Shown: piece after piece, positions 14,943 through 28,770 of the stretch
How the letters are laid out: every line of letters begins with the position of its first letter
Numbering within the stretch: the first letter of the stretch is position 1
From: Chrysomallon squamiferum
Taxonomy: Eukaryota; Animalia; Mollusca
Assembly (NCBI GenBank): GCA_012295275.1
Contig: CM022678.1
Span: 8,866,001-8,930,000, forward strand
DNA length: 64,000 bases
Reading direction: 5' to 3'
Program-made: the position numbers and the translations under genes
The notes under the pieces: generated by a model
Databases searched by the model: none
What the model saw: the letters and a program-made list of their open reading frames with translations, nothing else
Told to the model about the DNA's origin: nothing

Positions 14943-15494
14943 TTAGCCATGTCTCAGCAGTCTCTTTATTAACTTGTCTTTTGCCAGCATCACTGCAAGT
15001 TCTTTAGGCCTCTTCACCACCACAATTCCTCTGTCAGGAACTAATTTGCCTAGAGCTTCAATGTCGAGTTCAGTATATCCACAGTAGAGAAAATCCAATC
15101 CATTGGCAGCCTTAAGTGAGAGCCATCCTTGACATGCAAGCAGCTGAATACCAAGTGGAGCAAAGTTGTTGTTGAAGAAATCCTCAGTTACCATAGTTAC
15201 CACTGACCCAGTATCTAACAAACAATCAACTTGGACTCATTGTTTTAGTTCTTTCTTCAGTCTCTCACATTTTCAGCAAATTGGTGCAACAAGGTATAAT
15301 TCTTGTTGGGCACCATAGCTGAAGTTCATGCACTGATGATCAAAAATCTTATGCAGAACTTCCCAAACCACTTCTGCTTTCACCTTGTTTAGGACTCAGC
15401 AAATCCTCATTAAGTCGTTGAGTCACAGACTTTCTTCCTGTAAAGCAGCCTGCAACTCTGCCACCTGATCTTTTAGCTTTTTAGCTTTCACCAT
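14943..15494 (-). mobile_element. Ty3/Gypsy LTR retrotransposon remnant: Gag N-terminus plus retropepsin, internally deleted (copy A)
   Basis: CLLDTGSVVTMV...WLSLKAANGLDFLYCGYTELDIEALGK: D-T-G-S active site and AANG flap of Gypsy proteases. Upstream coiled-coil MVKAKKLKDQVAELQAALQEE. No RT or integrase visible. Confidence 0.85.
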
Positions 15495-16590
15495 TCTGCA
15501 AAGCTTTATAAATTAAAGTCAGCTGGGAATTCAGTGATGTGTTACAAAAAGCAAATTATACCATGCTCATGCCAGCAGCCAGTAATATATTTTCTGTCAA
15601 TTTAAACTTTTCTTTAAATTAGTATTTTAATTTGAATTCATTATTACACACTAAATGAAATAACAAAATCATTTATTCCACTAACTTTGTTTTAATTCAG
15701 TATTTCAAGTTTTAACTATCAGATTATAACTGAACTCTCCAAGAATCTTTATTTTAAATTTACTTCCTAAATTTAGATGCCCTTAATTGCTGCCACTCAG
15801 GGCTGTTTACCTCACATGTTATCTAAGCCAAGGCTACTGACCATCACTGGACATTACTGGACATTACTGGGTCCACACCTGTAAACAACTGGTCAGATGA
15901 AAGTCAACTTTACTGACCCCAAACAGTTACAGGCCACGCCTCTTTATGTGATTATAGTTTGTAGGGAAATTCCTCAGATCATAACTTTTACAATTTACCC
16001 ATTAATCCTCAGTTACTCATATCAGTTTTAGTTTACATATTATAGTTAAAACAGTTTGACTGAGTGAATACCAGTATAGTTCAGTTAATTAATACTAAAA
16101 CTTTAAGTAATATAAAACTCTCAGTTGTCATTCGTTCACATTCAAACATTTCACAATCACCTACCTTTCATTGGTTGTGGCCAATAATAACAATTTACAT
16201 TTAAACACAAAATGAAGTCTTATCCACAAACAACAACAAAACAGATATCAGTCAACAACAATCATATCAGTCTTATCCACCACACACAGTAATTATAATG
16301 CAGAGGATTGTCTCAAACATCTTTCTCCCTTGCCTGATATTCTTTCTTCTCTCTTCTCTCTTGAACTCTCTTTCACCACAGTCACACCCTGTACTGACCA
16401 GTACTGGCAGACTGTTACTGTCCTGGGTTCCTTAAGCAAGCACCAGTGACTGTGTTTACCACATATTAATGTCCCAGGTGTCTTGGAGGAATTTCCCAAG
16501 TACTTTACATGTAAACAACGAGAAATAAACCTCAGACATGTTAATGGTGTTGATCTATCTTTAGATTGTGCAGTTTGAGTTCAGTCCCCC

Positions 16591-16732
<142 letters not shown>

Positions 16733-16991
16733 GCTAACATAGTAGGATAGTGATAATAAAAGCTAATGTAGTAAAGGAGTTAATATAGCTGTAGTTGTAG
16801 TAGGTAGTAGTAGAAGTAGTAATATTAACTAGTTTAGTAATAGTAGTAATAATAATAATAGCAGCTATGTAGTTTTAACAGAGGTGCAGTAGGAACAGTA
16901 GCTGTAGTTGCAATAGTCACAGTAGTAGTTCCTGCTTCCTTTAAACAAGTATTTTAAACATTTTTTTTACTAATATTTTTTTCCCTATCAG

Positions 16992-17884
16992 GCAAGGAGA
17001 AACTGTTGTCAGTTGTTGGGAAGTCATCACCACTAACAACATTGTATCTTAGCAATCAGAAGAAAAACTTAAAAGAAAATGAAATCAAAGAACTTTTCAG
17101 AAAGTTGGTTGCTGCCATTGGTAATAAATAAATTCATTTTGACAAAAGAACAATAAAAAGAATCAAGAATAAATAAATAAAAAATAAAAAAAAAAAATAA
17201 AAAAAATAAAAAAATAGCCTAAACCTAAACCTTACCCTCGTCCTAAACCTAACACTAGTCCTAATCCTAATCCTAACTATAACTCTAACCTAAGCTAATG
17301 GTAAAAATAAGAAAAAAAGAAGTAATACTAAATGAAAGGGTTTATTATTGTTAATGCTGTTGTTGGGTTGTTTTCTTTCTGAATTATTTATATAAATTTA
17401 ATTAATTTTAAGGTCTCACTGTCAAGAAGTCAGGGGAGAAAGTTGAATCATCTTGTAGTTGTCTCCCTTCAGTTGCAGACAGCTTCCTGATTAAACTGAC
17501 AGCACTTGGAGGACATCCTGGTAAACAGTTATATTTGTTTTTTATTTTTAACATTTATATGGTTCATATTTATTGAAGTTTGTCATCTCATTTATTTATT
17601 TATTTATCTTGCTCTAGGAATGCTGGGTAATATGATGCACTGTCCAGCCATTCTCACAGATAAAGGAAACAGTCAACTTCTGACACTGACACTAGGTGAT
17701 GTCCTTGACATTGCAGCCATGTTGAAAGGTCATGGTGAGTGATTATATACTATGTAGTAGTAATAACAGTTCACAGCTAACTGTCTGTCTTTCTGTGTAT
17801 CTGTCTGTAATAACAAACATTACATTCTGCTTATTTATGAATATTTATATTTGGTTGTCTCTCCCACTTGAAGCTTCTCTATGT

Positions 17885-17947
<63 letters not shown>

Positions 17948-18388
17948 TTTTTTTTTTTTTTTTTTTTTTTATTTCTTTATAATTCTTGATTGTTAATATA
18001 TTAAAATGGCAACCTATTATTTATATATATTGTTTTCTTCTTCTTTTAGAGACCTGTTATTTAATTGTGAATTTTATTGTTAGTAATCTTATTTTGTATT
18101 ATTATGATACTGTACCATTTTATTGTTAATATAATGTAATTTCTTATTATGATTATTATTTTAACTTTTTTTAATTATTATTTGATATATTTGTCTTATT
18201 ACAATTATTATTAATATTACTATTGTTATTAGTCTTATTATAATGTATTTTTGTTATTATTACTACTACAACTGTTACAAATACTACTGTTGTTTCTATT
18301 GCTGTTACAACTGCTACTACTACTACTACTACCACTACTACAACTACTACTACTACAACTATTACAAATACAACTGTTGTTTCTATTG

Positions 18389-18428
<40 letters not shown>

Positions 18429-19587
18429 AACTGTTACAAATACTACTGTTGTTTTTATTGCTGTTACAACTGCTTACTACTCCTACTACTACTACTACTA
18501 CTACTACTACAACTACTACTACTGCTCTACTACTACTACTACTACTTTTGTTTTTACTACTGTTTACTACTACTACTACTACTACTACTACTCCTAAAAC
18601 TACTACTACTACTACTCCTACTACTACTACTACTACTACTACTACCATTACTACTACTACTACTACTACCACTACTACCACTACTGTTTCAGTTTGCCAG
18701 GATCCAGTTACTTGTTCAAACAGTGGAATAGCATGGACACTGATGTCTGATTGTGTATCTGTAGACAAGGCTATAGATTACTACAACAGAGAAGAGGTAT
18801 TCCATTTAAATCATCAGTGTTTGATTAATAATATATAAATGTAATTTGGTTTACCTTCTACTCATCAGTGTTTGATTAAATATATATAAATGTCATTTGA
18901 TTTACCTTCTACTCCCAATCAGTGTTTGATTAAATATATATAAATGTAATTTGGTTTACCTTCTACTCCCAATCAGTCAGCTTCTCTCACTCTTTCTGTG
19001 TGTGTCTGTGTGTGTGTGTGTGTGTCATCTGCCTAATCCTATTAACTATATATCTGTTTACCAGTGTCTACAATAACCTTTCTGTCTGTCTGTAAGTCTG
19101 TGATTTTATCTAACTTAGTCTGTTTGTCTGGCTACATATCTACCTATCTGACTATCTCTATGTATGTTATCTAAACATATAATCTGTAAATATCTATAAG
19201 TTTTGACAATTTTGTCTGTAAATATTTCTCCCAACTGTAACACTGTTCTTTAACACTAACAATGATTATTATGAATAATTAAAAATATGTGTTTATTGTT
19301 ATCTAGGCTGACTGTTCATAGAGTCAAGAATTAACATTAAAGTTGATGATGTTAAAAGTACAGAACTGCAGGTAAAAGTCAGGTATAGTGATGATGTCAT
19401 TGTCTTTTTATTTCTCTCTCACTATCTCTAATTTTCTCCTAGCCTTCTGATTTTCTCTTTCATTTTTTTCTTTCTTTCATTGTCTTTCCCTGTTCATAAA
19501 GTGTATATGCATAATTATGATAGCTAGGTTTAAACAAAGAAGTTGGTTTTTACCTTGATGCTCATGAAAAGGCTCACATATAACAAA

Positions 19588-19645
<58 letters not shown>

Positions 19646-20630
19646 TAAAAATTAATGGTAACTGATAAAAAATAAAAAATAAAAATAAAAATAAAAATAA
19701 ATGAAAACAAAAAAATCCTTTCATTTGTAATTATGTCTATTGGTATCATGTGCTTATAAAATTATGTCCATTATTTTTGTAAAATGGACAGGAATGAAAG
19801 CTTATCTTTAAATAACTGAAATTTTTGATAGCCATTGTTTTTACAAACTACACGAATGAATGAATGAATGAATTTTTAAGGCCAACCTAGCATGAAAAAT
19901 ATATCAGCTACTGGGTGAGAAACAAAGGTAAATATAACAATAGAAACTATACAAACCAATACCTAATTACATTAATATTAAATACTGAAATGTTTTTCGC
20001 AGACAAGAAGTGGAGAAGAGGATGAAAGTGAAACAAGCTGAAGATTCAGCTCATCCTGAGCTAATTCTGCAGAACACAGAGGAGTCATGGAAACGTCACA
20101 CTTACAGATTAGCTCACCCTGTGTACACTGATGTAGAATGTGGTGACAGTGACTGTGTAGCTCATGGAAACGTCACAGATTAGCTCACCCTGTGTACACT
20201 GATGTAGAATGTGGTGACAGTGATTGTGTAGCTCATGGAAACGTCACAGATTAGCTCACCCTGTGTACACTGATGTAGAATGTGGTGACAGTGACTGTGT
20301 AGCTCATGGAAACGTCACAGATTAGCTCACCCTGTGTACACTGATGTAGAATGTGGTGACAGTGACTGTGTAGCTCATGGAAACGTCACAGATTAGCTCA
20401 GCCTGTGTACACTGATGTAGAATGTGGTGACAGTGATTGTGTAGCTCATGGAAACGTCACAGATTAGCTCACCCTGTGTACACTGATGTAGAATGTGGTG
20501 ACAGTGACTGTGTAGCTCATGGAAACGTCACAGATTAGCTCAGTCTGTGTACACTGATGTAGAATGTGGTGACAGTGATTGTGTAGCTTATCTGATGAAA
20601 GAAAATTGTTTTCAATTACAGTTCTATCAG
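16992..20630 (+). pseudogene. Multi-exon gene fragment with RRM-like motifs, copy A. Exons 16992-17120, 17413-17520, 17618-17734, 18693-18796, 19322-19371 (uncertain), 20003-20630
   Basis: AG/GT-bounded exons join in compatible phases: KEKLLSVVGKSSPLTTLYLSNQKKNLKENEIKELFRKLVAAIGLTVKK...GGHPGMLGNMMHCPAIL...GIAWTLMSDCVSVDKAIDYYNREE...QEVEKRMKVK...SWKRHTYRLAHPVYTDVECGD. TLYLSN and GIAWTLM resemble RNP2/RNP1. The last exon is broken by a 71-bp expansion giving TAG. Confidence 0.75.
20085..20587 (+). repeat. 71-bp intra-exonic tandem array (original plus 6 derived copies)
   Basis: ctcatggaaacgtcacagattagc... at 20161, 20232, 20303, 20374, 20445, 20516; single copy in B and C. Confidence 0.95.
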
Positions 20631-20878
20631 GTACATTCTGAGAGAATAGTATTTTCTCTTTTCCAGTTTGTATGAGGATAAAAAATATTATTAATTAAGA
20701 TTCAGTATTTTCTGACATATTTTCTTTTGTTCTGCTTGTCTGATAATTAAGTGGTATTGTTAATAATATATCCAGTTTTTTCCCTGATTTTATAGAGGTT
20801 AAGTTTTCTATGCCATTCTGTATTTTCTGATATAGATAATGTCAATTCCACTTCTTAGAAAATGATTTTAAAACTGTT

Positions 20879-21350
20879 CTATAGAAAGTTTTCTGACACA
20901 AAGAATGATAATTTCAACCATACAACTATAGAAAGTTTTCTGACACAAAGAATGATAATTTCAACCATACAACTATAGAAAGTTTTCTGACACAAAGAAT
21001 GATAATTTCAACCATACAACTATAGAAAGTTTTCTGACACAAAGAATGATAATTTCAACCATACAACTATAGAAAGTTTTCTGACACAAAGAATGATAAT
21101 TTCAACCATACAACTATAGAAAGTTTTCTGACACAAAGAATGATAATTTCAACCATACAACTATAGAAAGTTTTCTGACACAAAGAATGATAATTTCAAC
21201 CATACAACTATAGAAAGTTTTCTGACACAAAGAATGATAATTTCAACCATACAACTATAGAAAGTTTTCTGACACAAAGAATGATAATTTCAACCATACA
21301 ACTATAGAAAGTTTTCTGACACAAAGAATGATAATTTCAACCATACAACT
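20879..21350 (+). repeat. 47-bp perfect tandem array, 10 copies
   Basis: tatagaaagttttctgacacaaagaatgataatttcaaccatacaac; single copy at ~45240 and ~54770. Confidence 0.95.
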
Positions 21351-21574
21351 CAACTGATGATTGTTGCCTCTATCCAGTGTTCTGATAGAGAAAATAATAA
21401 TTTCTACCATCCTGTTTGTGTGACTTTTTTAATGCTCTACTCAACATTTTCTGACACAGAATAACATGACATGCTGTTAATTGACTGATATTTATGTGCT
21501 GATAAAATACACAGACCAAAGTTTATAAAGGAAATCATATTATTATTAGATTTTTGTTTTCATTTGTTTTACAT

Positions 21575-22185
21575 TGTATGTGTGAGGATATATGTCAGTG
21601 TGTATGTTGGTATGTCTCTGAATATATGTGTGCCTGTATGTGTGTGTGTGTTTTGGTGTATGTATGTGTATGTGTCAGTATGTATGTTGGTATGTCTCTG
21701 AATATATGTGTGCCTGTATGTGTTTGTGTGTTTGGTGTATGTATGTGTATGTGTCAGTATGTATGTTGGTATGTCTTATGTGTGTGTGTGTTTTGTGTAT
21801 GTATGTATTCAGTATGTATGTTGTGTGTGTGTGTGTGTGTTTTGGTGTATTGTCAGTATGTATGTTGGTATGTCTCTGAATATATGTGTGCCTGTATGTG
21901 TTTGTGTGTTTTGGTGTATGTATGTGTATGTGTCAGTATGTATGTTGGTATGTCTCTGAATATATGTGTGCCTGTATGTGTGTGTGTGTTTTGGTGTGTG
22001 TGTGTATGTGTCAGTATGTATGTTGGTATCTCTGAATATATGTGTGCCTGTATGTGTTTGTGTGTTTTGGTGTGTGTGTGTATGTGTCAGTATGTATGTT
22101 GGTATGTCTCTGAATATATGTGTGCATGTATGTGTTTGTGTGTTTTGGTATATGTATGTGTCAGTATGTATGTTGGTATGTCTGT
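21575..22185 (+). repeat. ~80-bp TG-rich tandem repeat
   Basis: gtcagtatgtatgttggtatgtctctgaatatatgtgtgcctgtatg... period ~80 (21852 to 21932). Confidence 0.85.
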
Positions 22186-22384
22186 TTGTGTGGGTTTTGC
22201 CTAAGTGAATGTGTGTGAGTGTGTGTGAGTATGTGTGAGTGTGTGTGTGATTGTATTTCTGTTGTGTGAGTATTGTAATTTTATTGGTGTTTGTTTTGTG
22301 TCTTTTATTTGTGTATATGTGATATATGTATATTTATGTTTGCACAAAATACAACATAAACTCAGCAGATAAAGCATCAAATCA

Positions 22385-22745
22385 ATTTATTTAGCACACT
22401 TTAATAAAAAACAGATTAATTTTTAATACTAGCTCCTGTTAAATAAAGTAATTAATTTATTTAGCACACTTTAATAAAAAACAGATTAATTTTTAATACT
22501 AGCTCCTGTTAAATAAAGTAATTAATTTATTTAGCACACTTTAATAAAAAACAGATTAATTTTTAATACTAGCTCCTGTTAAATAAAGTAATTAATTTAT
22601 TTAGCACACTTTAATAAAAAACAGATTAATTTTTAATACTAGCTCCTGTTAAATAAAGTAATTAATTTATTTAGCACACTTTAATAAAAAACAGATATCT
22701 AGATTAATTTTTAATACTAGCTCCTGTTAAATAAAGTAATTAATT
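22385..22745 (+). repeat. 70-bp tandem repeat, ~5 copies (also ~4 copies in B at ~44340-44630)
   Basis: attaatttatttagcacactttaataaaaaacagattaatttttaatactagctcctgttaaataaagta at 22451, 22521, 22591. Confidence 0.9.
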
Positions 22746-23149
22746 ATCCAATGTAATAATTTAAAACAGGTAAAAAAAAAAAAAAATATGTAACAGTTAA
22801 ATTATATTTTGTTTTTACAATATTTTTGTTTATAATGCACATGTATCAGTATTATGTTTTTTAGAGGCATTTTTAATTAATTAATTTTTATATTTGTTAC
22901 AATTTTGCTGTTGAATGTGATTTTTTAATTCATTGTTACTGTTTCTTCATAAAAAAAAAAGAGATATAAAACTGTTTTCAGGGTGTTTATTATTAGTGAT
23001 TTTGTTTTTAATTTGGGTGGGAAACTGTATTTGCTTTCTTTGTTTATTTCATATCTTTTAACTATATAAATAAAGTTTTATCAAAAGAGAGTTATTTCCC
23101 TTATATTATGAAAATTATTATCCATGATCAGTTGCTTATAATATCATAA

Positions 23150-23200
<51 letters not shown>

Positions 23201-24416
23201 TATCATCATCATCATAATAATAATAAACTAACAAATAACAAATGAATAAAAAAAATAAATAAAATTGGTTTATTTCTGATTAAAAAAAATAAAATTTGTT
23301 TGTTTTTTTTTTTTTTTTTTTTTTGTCTTCTTACTGGGGTATTCATGACAAATTACAAAATAAAACTGGAATGATATGTTTACTTTGTGAAGGCAATTAA
23401 TGTATAAAATTGGGTCTAAGAAAATTTTGAATTGTAACTCAGTTCTCAACATATAAATAATAGTTGCTGGAAAAGTTATACTTATTCTGAAATATTACTC
23501 AAAAGGAAAAGAAGGAATATATATATCTATGTAGAAGTAAACAAATTTTCCAGTCAACGAAATGATAAAGAGTAATTGTGAATGAAATATTAAATTTTTC
23601 AAGTTAAAATAAATTTTAAATGGAATGACAAGTGTTGTTATCAAATATTTATTCCATGGAAGACTCGAAAATGATAACAGTAATAATCTATTTAAATATG
23701 TACAAAATTAAAAACTAAAAACTATTGTGTGTGTGCATGTGCATACTTGTGTACATTTGTGTGTGTGTGTGTGTGTGTGCATTTTGTGTTTGTGACTAAA
23801 CAAGAACACATTTACACTAATACACAAACACACACACAAACAACAACATGTTTATATTAATTTCTACATAGTTTATAATGTATATTTATTAGTATAAAAC
23901 ACCTAATGACTTGTATATTATTTAGAACATTCTGTTAAACTGTATTTATTACTAATTTCATCTCATAGTCAGTCGTGTTGAGTTGTACTGAGTTTGTTCT
24001 GTCTGCAGTGAAAACATTAATATGCAGATTCACATGCGTGCATGTAGCATTCACTATCACGTGTACAGAAACGCAAACACACACACAAAACACACACACA
24101 CACATAAAGAATAATAATAAGACAAGAAGAAGAATAACGAATAGATTCTCTTCAAGGTCATCGAGGAAAGTGTTAGTTACGTAGCCCAGTGTTAATATTG
24201 TATTTTTTATTAACTGAAATCTAATAAAAATCTTAAATTCGTTAAGCTACTTGTCTCCCTCTCTCCCTCTCTCCATCACTGTTCTTTGGAATGAACTAGT
24301 TCAGTTTATTCTTTTAATCCAAAAATAAATAGCTTACTAAATAAAATAAAATAACAACAGATAAAAAGTAATCACGTGAAGATATAAAATGTATGACGTA
24401 ATTGGACAGTGATACA

Positions 24417-24520
24417 TTTTCTCAAAGTATTAAAGTGTTTCACTGTCCATAGAAGATGCAAGAAACAAAGTTATATTTTGTTAGCGCCAAATCAGTCTTA
24501 GCACATTGTTTAAATTCATA
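24417..24520 (+). promoter_or_regulatory. ~100-bp conserved element, four copies (24417+, 30404+, 42585-42690-, 50938-51042-); candidate promoter/5'UTR
   Basis: ttttctcaaagta.taaagtgtttcactgt...aagaaacaaagt.atattttgttagcg.caaatcagtcttagcacattgt. Two copies are directly followed by homologous signal-peptide-like ORF starts. Regulatory role is inferred. Confidence 0.45.
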
Positions 24521-25127
24521 CACAAATAGAGGTTCAAGGGTCACAAATTCTTTAATTAACAAGAACAACAACAACAATAAATAAAACAACAAAATAATAA
24601 ATAAATAAATAAATGAATAAATAAATGAATAAATAATAATAATGATGATGATGACAATAATAATAATAATAATGATAATAAATCACATTTCTCTTTAATA
24701 CAAACTTATTTCGTTATTATTATTATTATTGAATAACAGGTGTTAATTATATTTAAAATTTAACTTTACAAACAATGAATATGGCGTTATTTATATTTAA
24801 AAAATAATTTTACATATATATATTTATGTGTAAAAATATTACAAAATATTTATGTATATGTATGTATGTATATAATCAAGAACAAAGATTGTAATTTCAA
24901 ATAATGTTTCAGCATTTATATTTCACTAACTATTTATACCATTATTTTAAATCAGTGTCTTTTGTAAAATATTGGACAGAAGAAGTAAAATATTCATTTA
25001 TTTCTTAGGTGAGCTGCTATGAAAAACAGAAATTCAGATTTATCTTCATTATTTATAATAAATTTATAACAAATCTCAACAGTGAACTATTCTGTACTAC
25101 GTTGATATTTATATTATTTATATTACT

Positions 25128-25450
25128 AGACAGACAGACAGATAGGTGGATTAATAGACAGACAGATAGGTGGATTAATAGACATACAGATAGGTGGATT
25201 AATAGACATACAGATAGGTGGATTAATAGACAGACAGATAGGTGGACAGATAGGTGGATTAATAGACATACAGATAGGTGGATTAATAGACATACAGATA
25301 GGTGGATTAATAGACATACAGATAGGTGGATTAATAGACAGACAGATAGGATGGATTAGACAGACAGACAGACAGATAGATAGATAGATTAATAGACATA
25401 GACAGATTAATAGACAGACAGATAGGTGGATTAATAGACAGACAGACAGA
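25128..25450 (+). repeat. 24-bp minisatellite (gacagataggtggattaatagaca)
   Basis: RQTDRWIN/RHTDRWIN period in the ORF track; only ~2-3 units in C (~50255-50312). Confidence 0.9.
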
Positions 25451-25554
25451 TCAAGAAACCATGTAATAATAATAATAATAATAAAAGACCACAAACTGTA
25501 AAAGAAGTAATACATTTCCTTTTTTATTGTTTTTTTTTTTTTTTTTTTTTTTTT

Positions 25555-25591
25555 TTACGTCACACAAATGGCGGTTTCACAGAAGCGGAAG
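25555..25591 (+). promoter_or_regulatory. Housekeeping-type core promoter motif cluster (CRE-like, YY1, ETS)
   Basis: TTACGTCA (25555), CAAATGGCGG (25565) and GCGGAAG (25585) within 37 bp in CpG-poor DNA. YY1 and ETS motifs are retained in the inverted copy at ~50097-50123. Confidence 0.5.
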
Positions 25592-25738
25592 ATTTTAACA
25601 GTTAAATACAGCTGTGCTCAGAAATTTTATAAAACAGTTTTATAACCAGAATGGTCAGAATTTAATTTATTATTTATTTATCTATTATTTTTTTTTTTAT
25701 TATTCAGATTATTATTATTATTCTTATTATTATTATTC

Positions 25739-25807
<69 letters not shown>

Positions 25808-26038
25808 TTTTCTTATATATTATTTTAGTTGTTTTGAATTTACAAACTAGGTAATAGAAGGACATCAAGCGACATATTGGATGTGTTTCATTAGACCGAC
25901 CAGAAAAATTGTAATTTTCTTACAACATTTCATGACGACAAACATATACACTAAAATAAAATAAAATAAAATAAAATAAAAGAATAAAATTACATTTGAG
26001 ATTAAAACAGTTTGAAACAGGGTGTTTTATTTTTATTT

Positions 26039-26069
<31 letters not shown>

Positions 26070-27039
26070 TTTTTTATGTGTGCGCGCATGTACCGGTGCC
26101 TGTGATTTATTAAAATCTGGTATAATACACTCACTGGTAGGTTTTAACACACATACAGACATACACAAATACATACACACACCACACAAACAAACACGGA
26201 CGCAAGCATGTAGACATATACAAATACATACGCACATAATACATAAATATTATTATTATATTATTAATATTATACACATAAAGACAAACAGACACAAACA
26301 GATAATACAGACAAACATACACATACATACAAACATACATTTTTAATATACATACATACATAATACAGAAATACGCACATACAATAATTATTAAAATCTG
26401 GTATAATACACACATACATACATAACATACATACAGACATACACAAATACATACAGACATAATATAACAAACACACATAATACACAAATACACACATAAT
26501 ACAAATACACACATACATAATACAAACACAAATACATACACACATAATACAAACACACATACACATACATACATAATACACAAACATACATAATACAAAC
26601 ACACATACACATACATACATACATACATACATACAGACATACACAAATACATACATACATAATACAAACACACAAACACACATACAGAAAATAAATACAC
26701 ACCAAACACACAGACATACACAAATACATACACAAATACATACATACATAATACAAACACACATACACATACATACAGACATATACACAAATACATACAT
26801 ACATAATACAAACACAGACATACAAATACATACATACATAATACACACACATACATACATACATACAAAACACAAAAACAATGCTTTTTGTTTTAAATAA
26901 CAGACAGGTTATATATACATAACATATATATAAAAATACATACAACACATAATAAACACACATACACATACATACAAAGCTCAACACAGGGTTTTAAACA
27001 ACAAGATTAGGTTTCTTTTAAAACAACAGACATACATTC

Positions 27040-27415
27040 AGGTTAGGTTTTTTTAAAAAACAGCTTTCAATTAGGTTTGTTTTAAATAACAGCTTTCAAC
27101 ACTTAGGTTTGTTTTAAATAACAGCTTTCAACTAGGTTTGTTTTAAATAACAGCTTTCAGATTAGGTTTGTTTTAAATAACAGCTTTCAGATTAGGTTTG
27201 TTTTAAATAACAGCTTTCAGATTAGGTTTGTTTTAAATAACAGCTTTCAGATTAGGTTTGTTTTAAATAACAGCTTTCAGATTAGGTTTGTTTTAAATAA
27301 CAGCTTTCAGATTAGGTTTGTTTTAAATAACAGCTTTCAGGTTAGGTTTGTTTTAAATAACAGCTTTCAGGTTAGGTTTGTTTTAAATAACAGCTTTCAG
27401 GTTAGGTTTGTTTTG
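27040..27415 (+). repeat. 30-bp minisatellite, ~12 copies
   Basis: cagctttcagattaggtttgttttaaataa; about one unit at ~36225-36255 in the inverted arm. Confidence 0.9.
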
Positions 27416-27542
27416 TTGTTGTTTTTGTTTTTTTACGGCAAAATAAGACTTCAGTAGAAGGTAAGGAATTACTTTTTCTTTGGGATTGCATGTATCAGTA
27501 TTATTTACCACTGAGTAGCTTGTGGTATCAACACTGTTTAGA

Positions 27543-28030
27543 AGGGTGTCCGGACATTCCCCCGGATAATCCCGCCGATCATTCCCCTCATGATTTCCCC
27601 ATAGGTCATTTCCCCCCGTGAAAATTCCCCCTGCCTACCTGTTTTAGCTGTCAAATGTCATGCGTATAGTCTGAGTCGTTAACAAGGTTTTTGAAGCGGC
27701 CAAACATCGCTTAAGTTTGAGAATAATGAAAAAGAATAAACTTTTCTTATTTTGTTTGTTTATCTACAAACTTAACTGTTAGAGCCGCGTGTTGTTCCAA
27801 AGTGTCAACAAACTACAGTCGTCATCCAAATACCTGGCTGTTTCTGGATGTTGTGAAAAACAGAACAATCCATCAACACTGTAACCCTGCACCAGATACT
27901 TGCCAGAGAAGCCCCACCCCACAGCGTCACGTCTACAGAGACCCCACCCAGCGGCTTCAGACTCTGGTCACAGAATACGGCAACAGAGATCGCCTGGATT
28001 ATTTTGTAATTATACGTATTCAATAAAATA
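27543..28030 (+). mobile_element. MULE/Mutator-like DNA transposon remnant
   Basis: C-rich subterminal repeats (ggacattccccc, cattcccc, catttcccccc, aaattccccc), then HPNTWLFLDVVK...QRLQTLVTEYGNRDRLDYF, resembling the HPNIW...RL..LV..Y...LDYL C-terminus of animal MULE transposases. Confidence 0.6.
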
Positions 28031-28439
28031 TTTGTGTGTGTACAGACTTTCACTGGAAATACATAACAATAACAGCAGATATGTATTCTTTCCTGTCTAC
28101 ACACATTTTTAATTATACTGTTTCGATTTTGCTTCACTGCAACAGAGTTTTTCTTAATCTTCTTCCATCTAATTTTGTTTGAGCAGAATCTTAGTCAGAT
28201 ATCAGATGTTGCAGCAACAGATCAGTACATCAATTGAATGTCATTTTTTTCCCGATCTGGCAGATGCTCTTGTCGGCCGCAATCTAGGTCACTGCTGGCC
28301 AGGATGACCACTGGTCAAGAGTTGGTGGAATTGTTGATGCTGCTGTGTTGTCAGTAGGAAATAAGAGACAGGGCTGGTCTTACTGTGACTGGACAGGTCA
28401 GGACATTAGTGTGTTGCTCTCTGTCAGTGTGTTGGTACA

Positions 28440-28770
28440 AAGCTTCACATTATAGACAATTTAAACACAATTTCACATTCCAGACATATTTCAAACTTAC
28501 AGAGAGAAAATACTGCTACCCACTGTTGCGGTTTAAACTTCCAAATCATAATCTTCCTATTCAAGCGGGAAGATGGAAAAATCAAATCATTGGAAAATAG
28601 AATATGTCCATTGTGTAATAACTATGACATCGGAAATGAGTTTCACTATATATTTACATATTTACATGTTTTTTTTTTTTTTTTCTTTTTTTAAGAATCA
28701 AAGTAACCGTTTTTCGGTCAATCTAAACCAAGTATTTATAAGTTTTGTAAATTATTTAATTCTGAAACAA
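28440..28770 (+). mobile_element. LINE ORF2 3' end fragment
   Basis: YRQFKHNFTFQTYF...LLRFKLPNHNLPIQAGRWKN, then after a frameshift RICPLCNNYDIGNEFHYIF. Confidence 0.75.

Noticed and set aside
14943-15221. Protease ORF as a domesticated host gene kept in three copies
   Set aside because: It starts at TTG within a broken frame, the upstream gag is stop-interrupted, and the three copies are explained by the segmental duplication.
20003-20160. Alternative oxidase similarity (YRLAHPVYT)
   Set aside because: Only a short motif resembles AOX; the following sequence and the di-iron motifs are absent.
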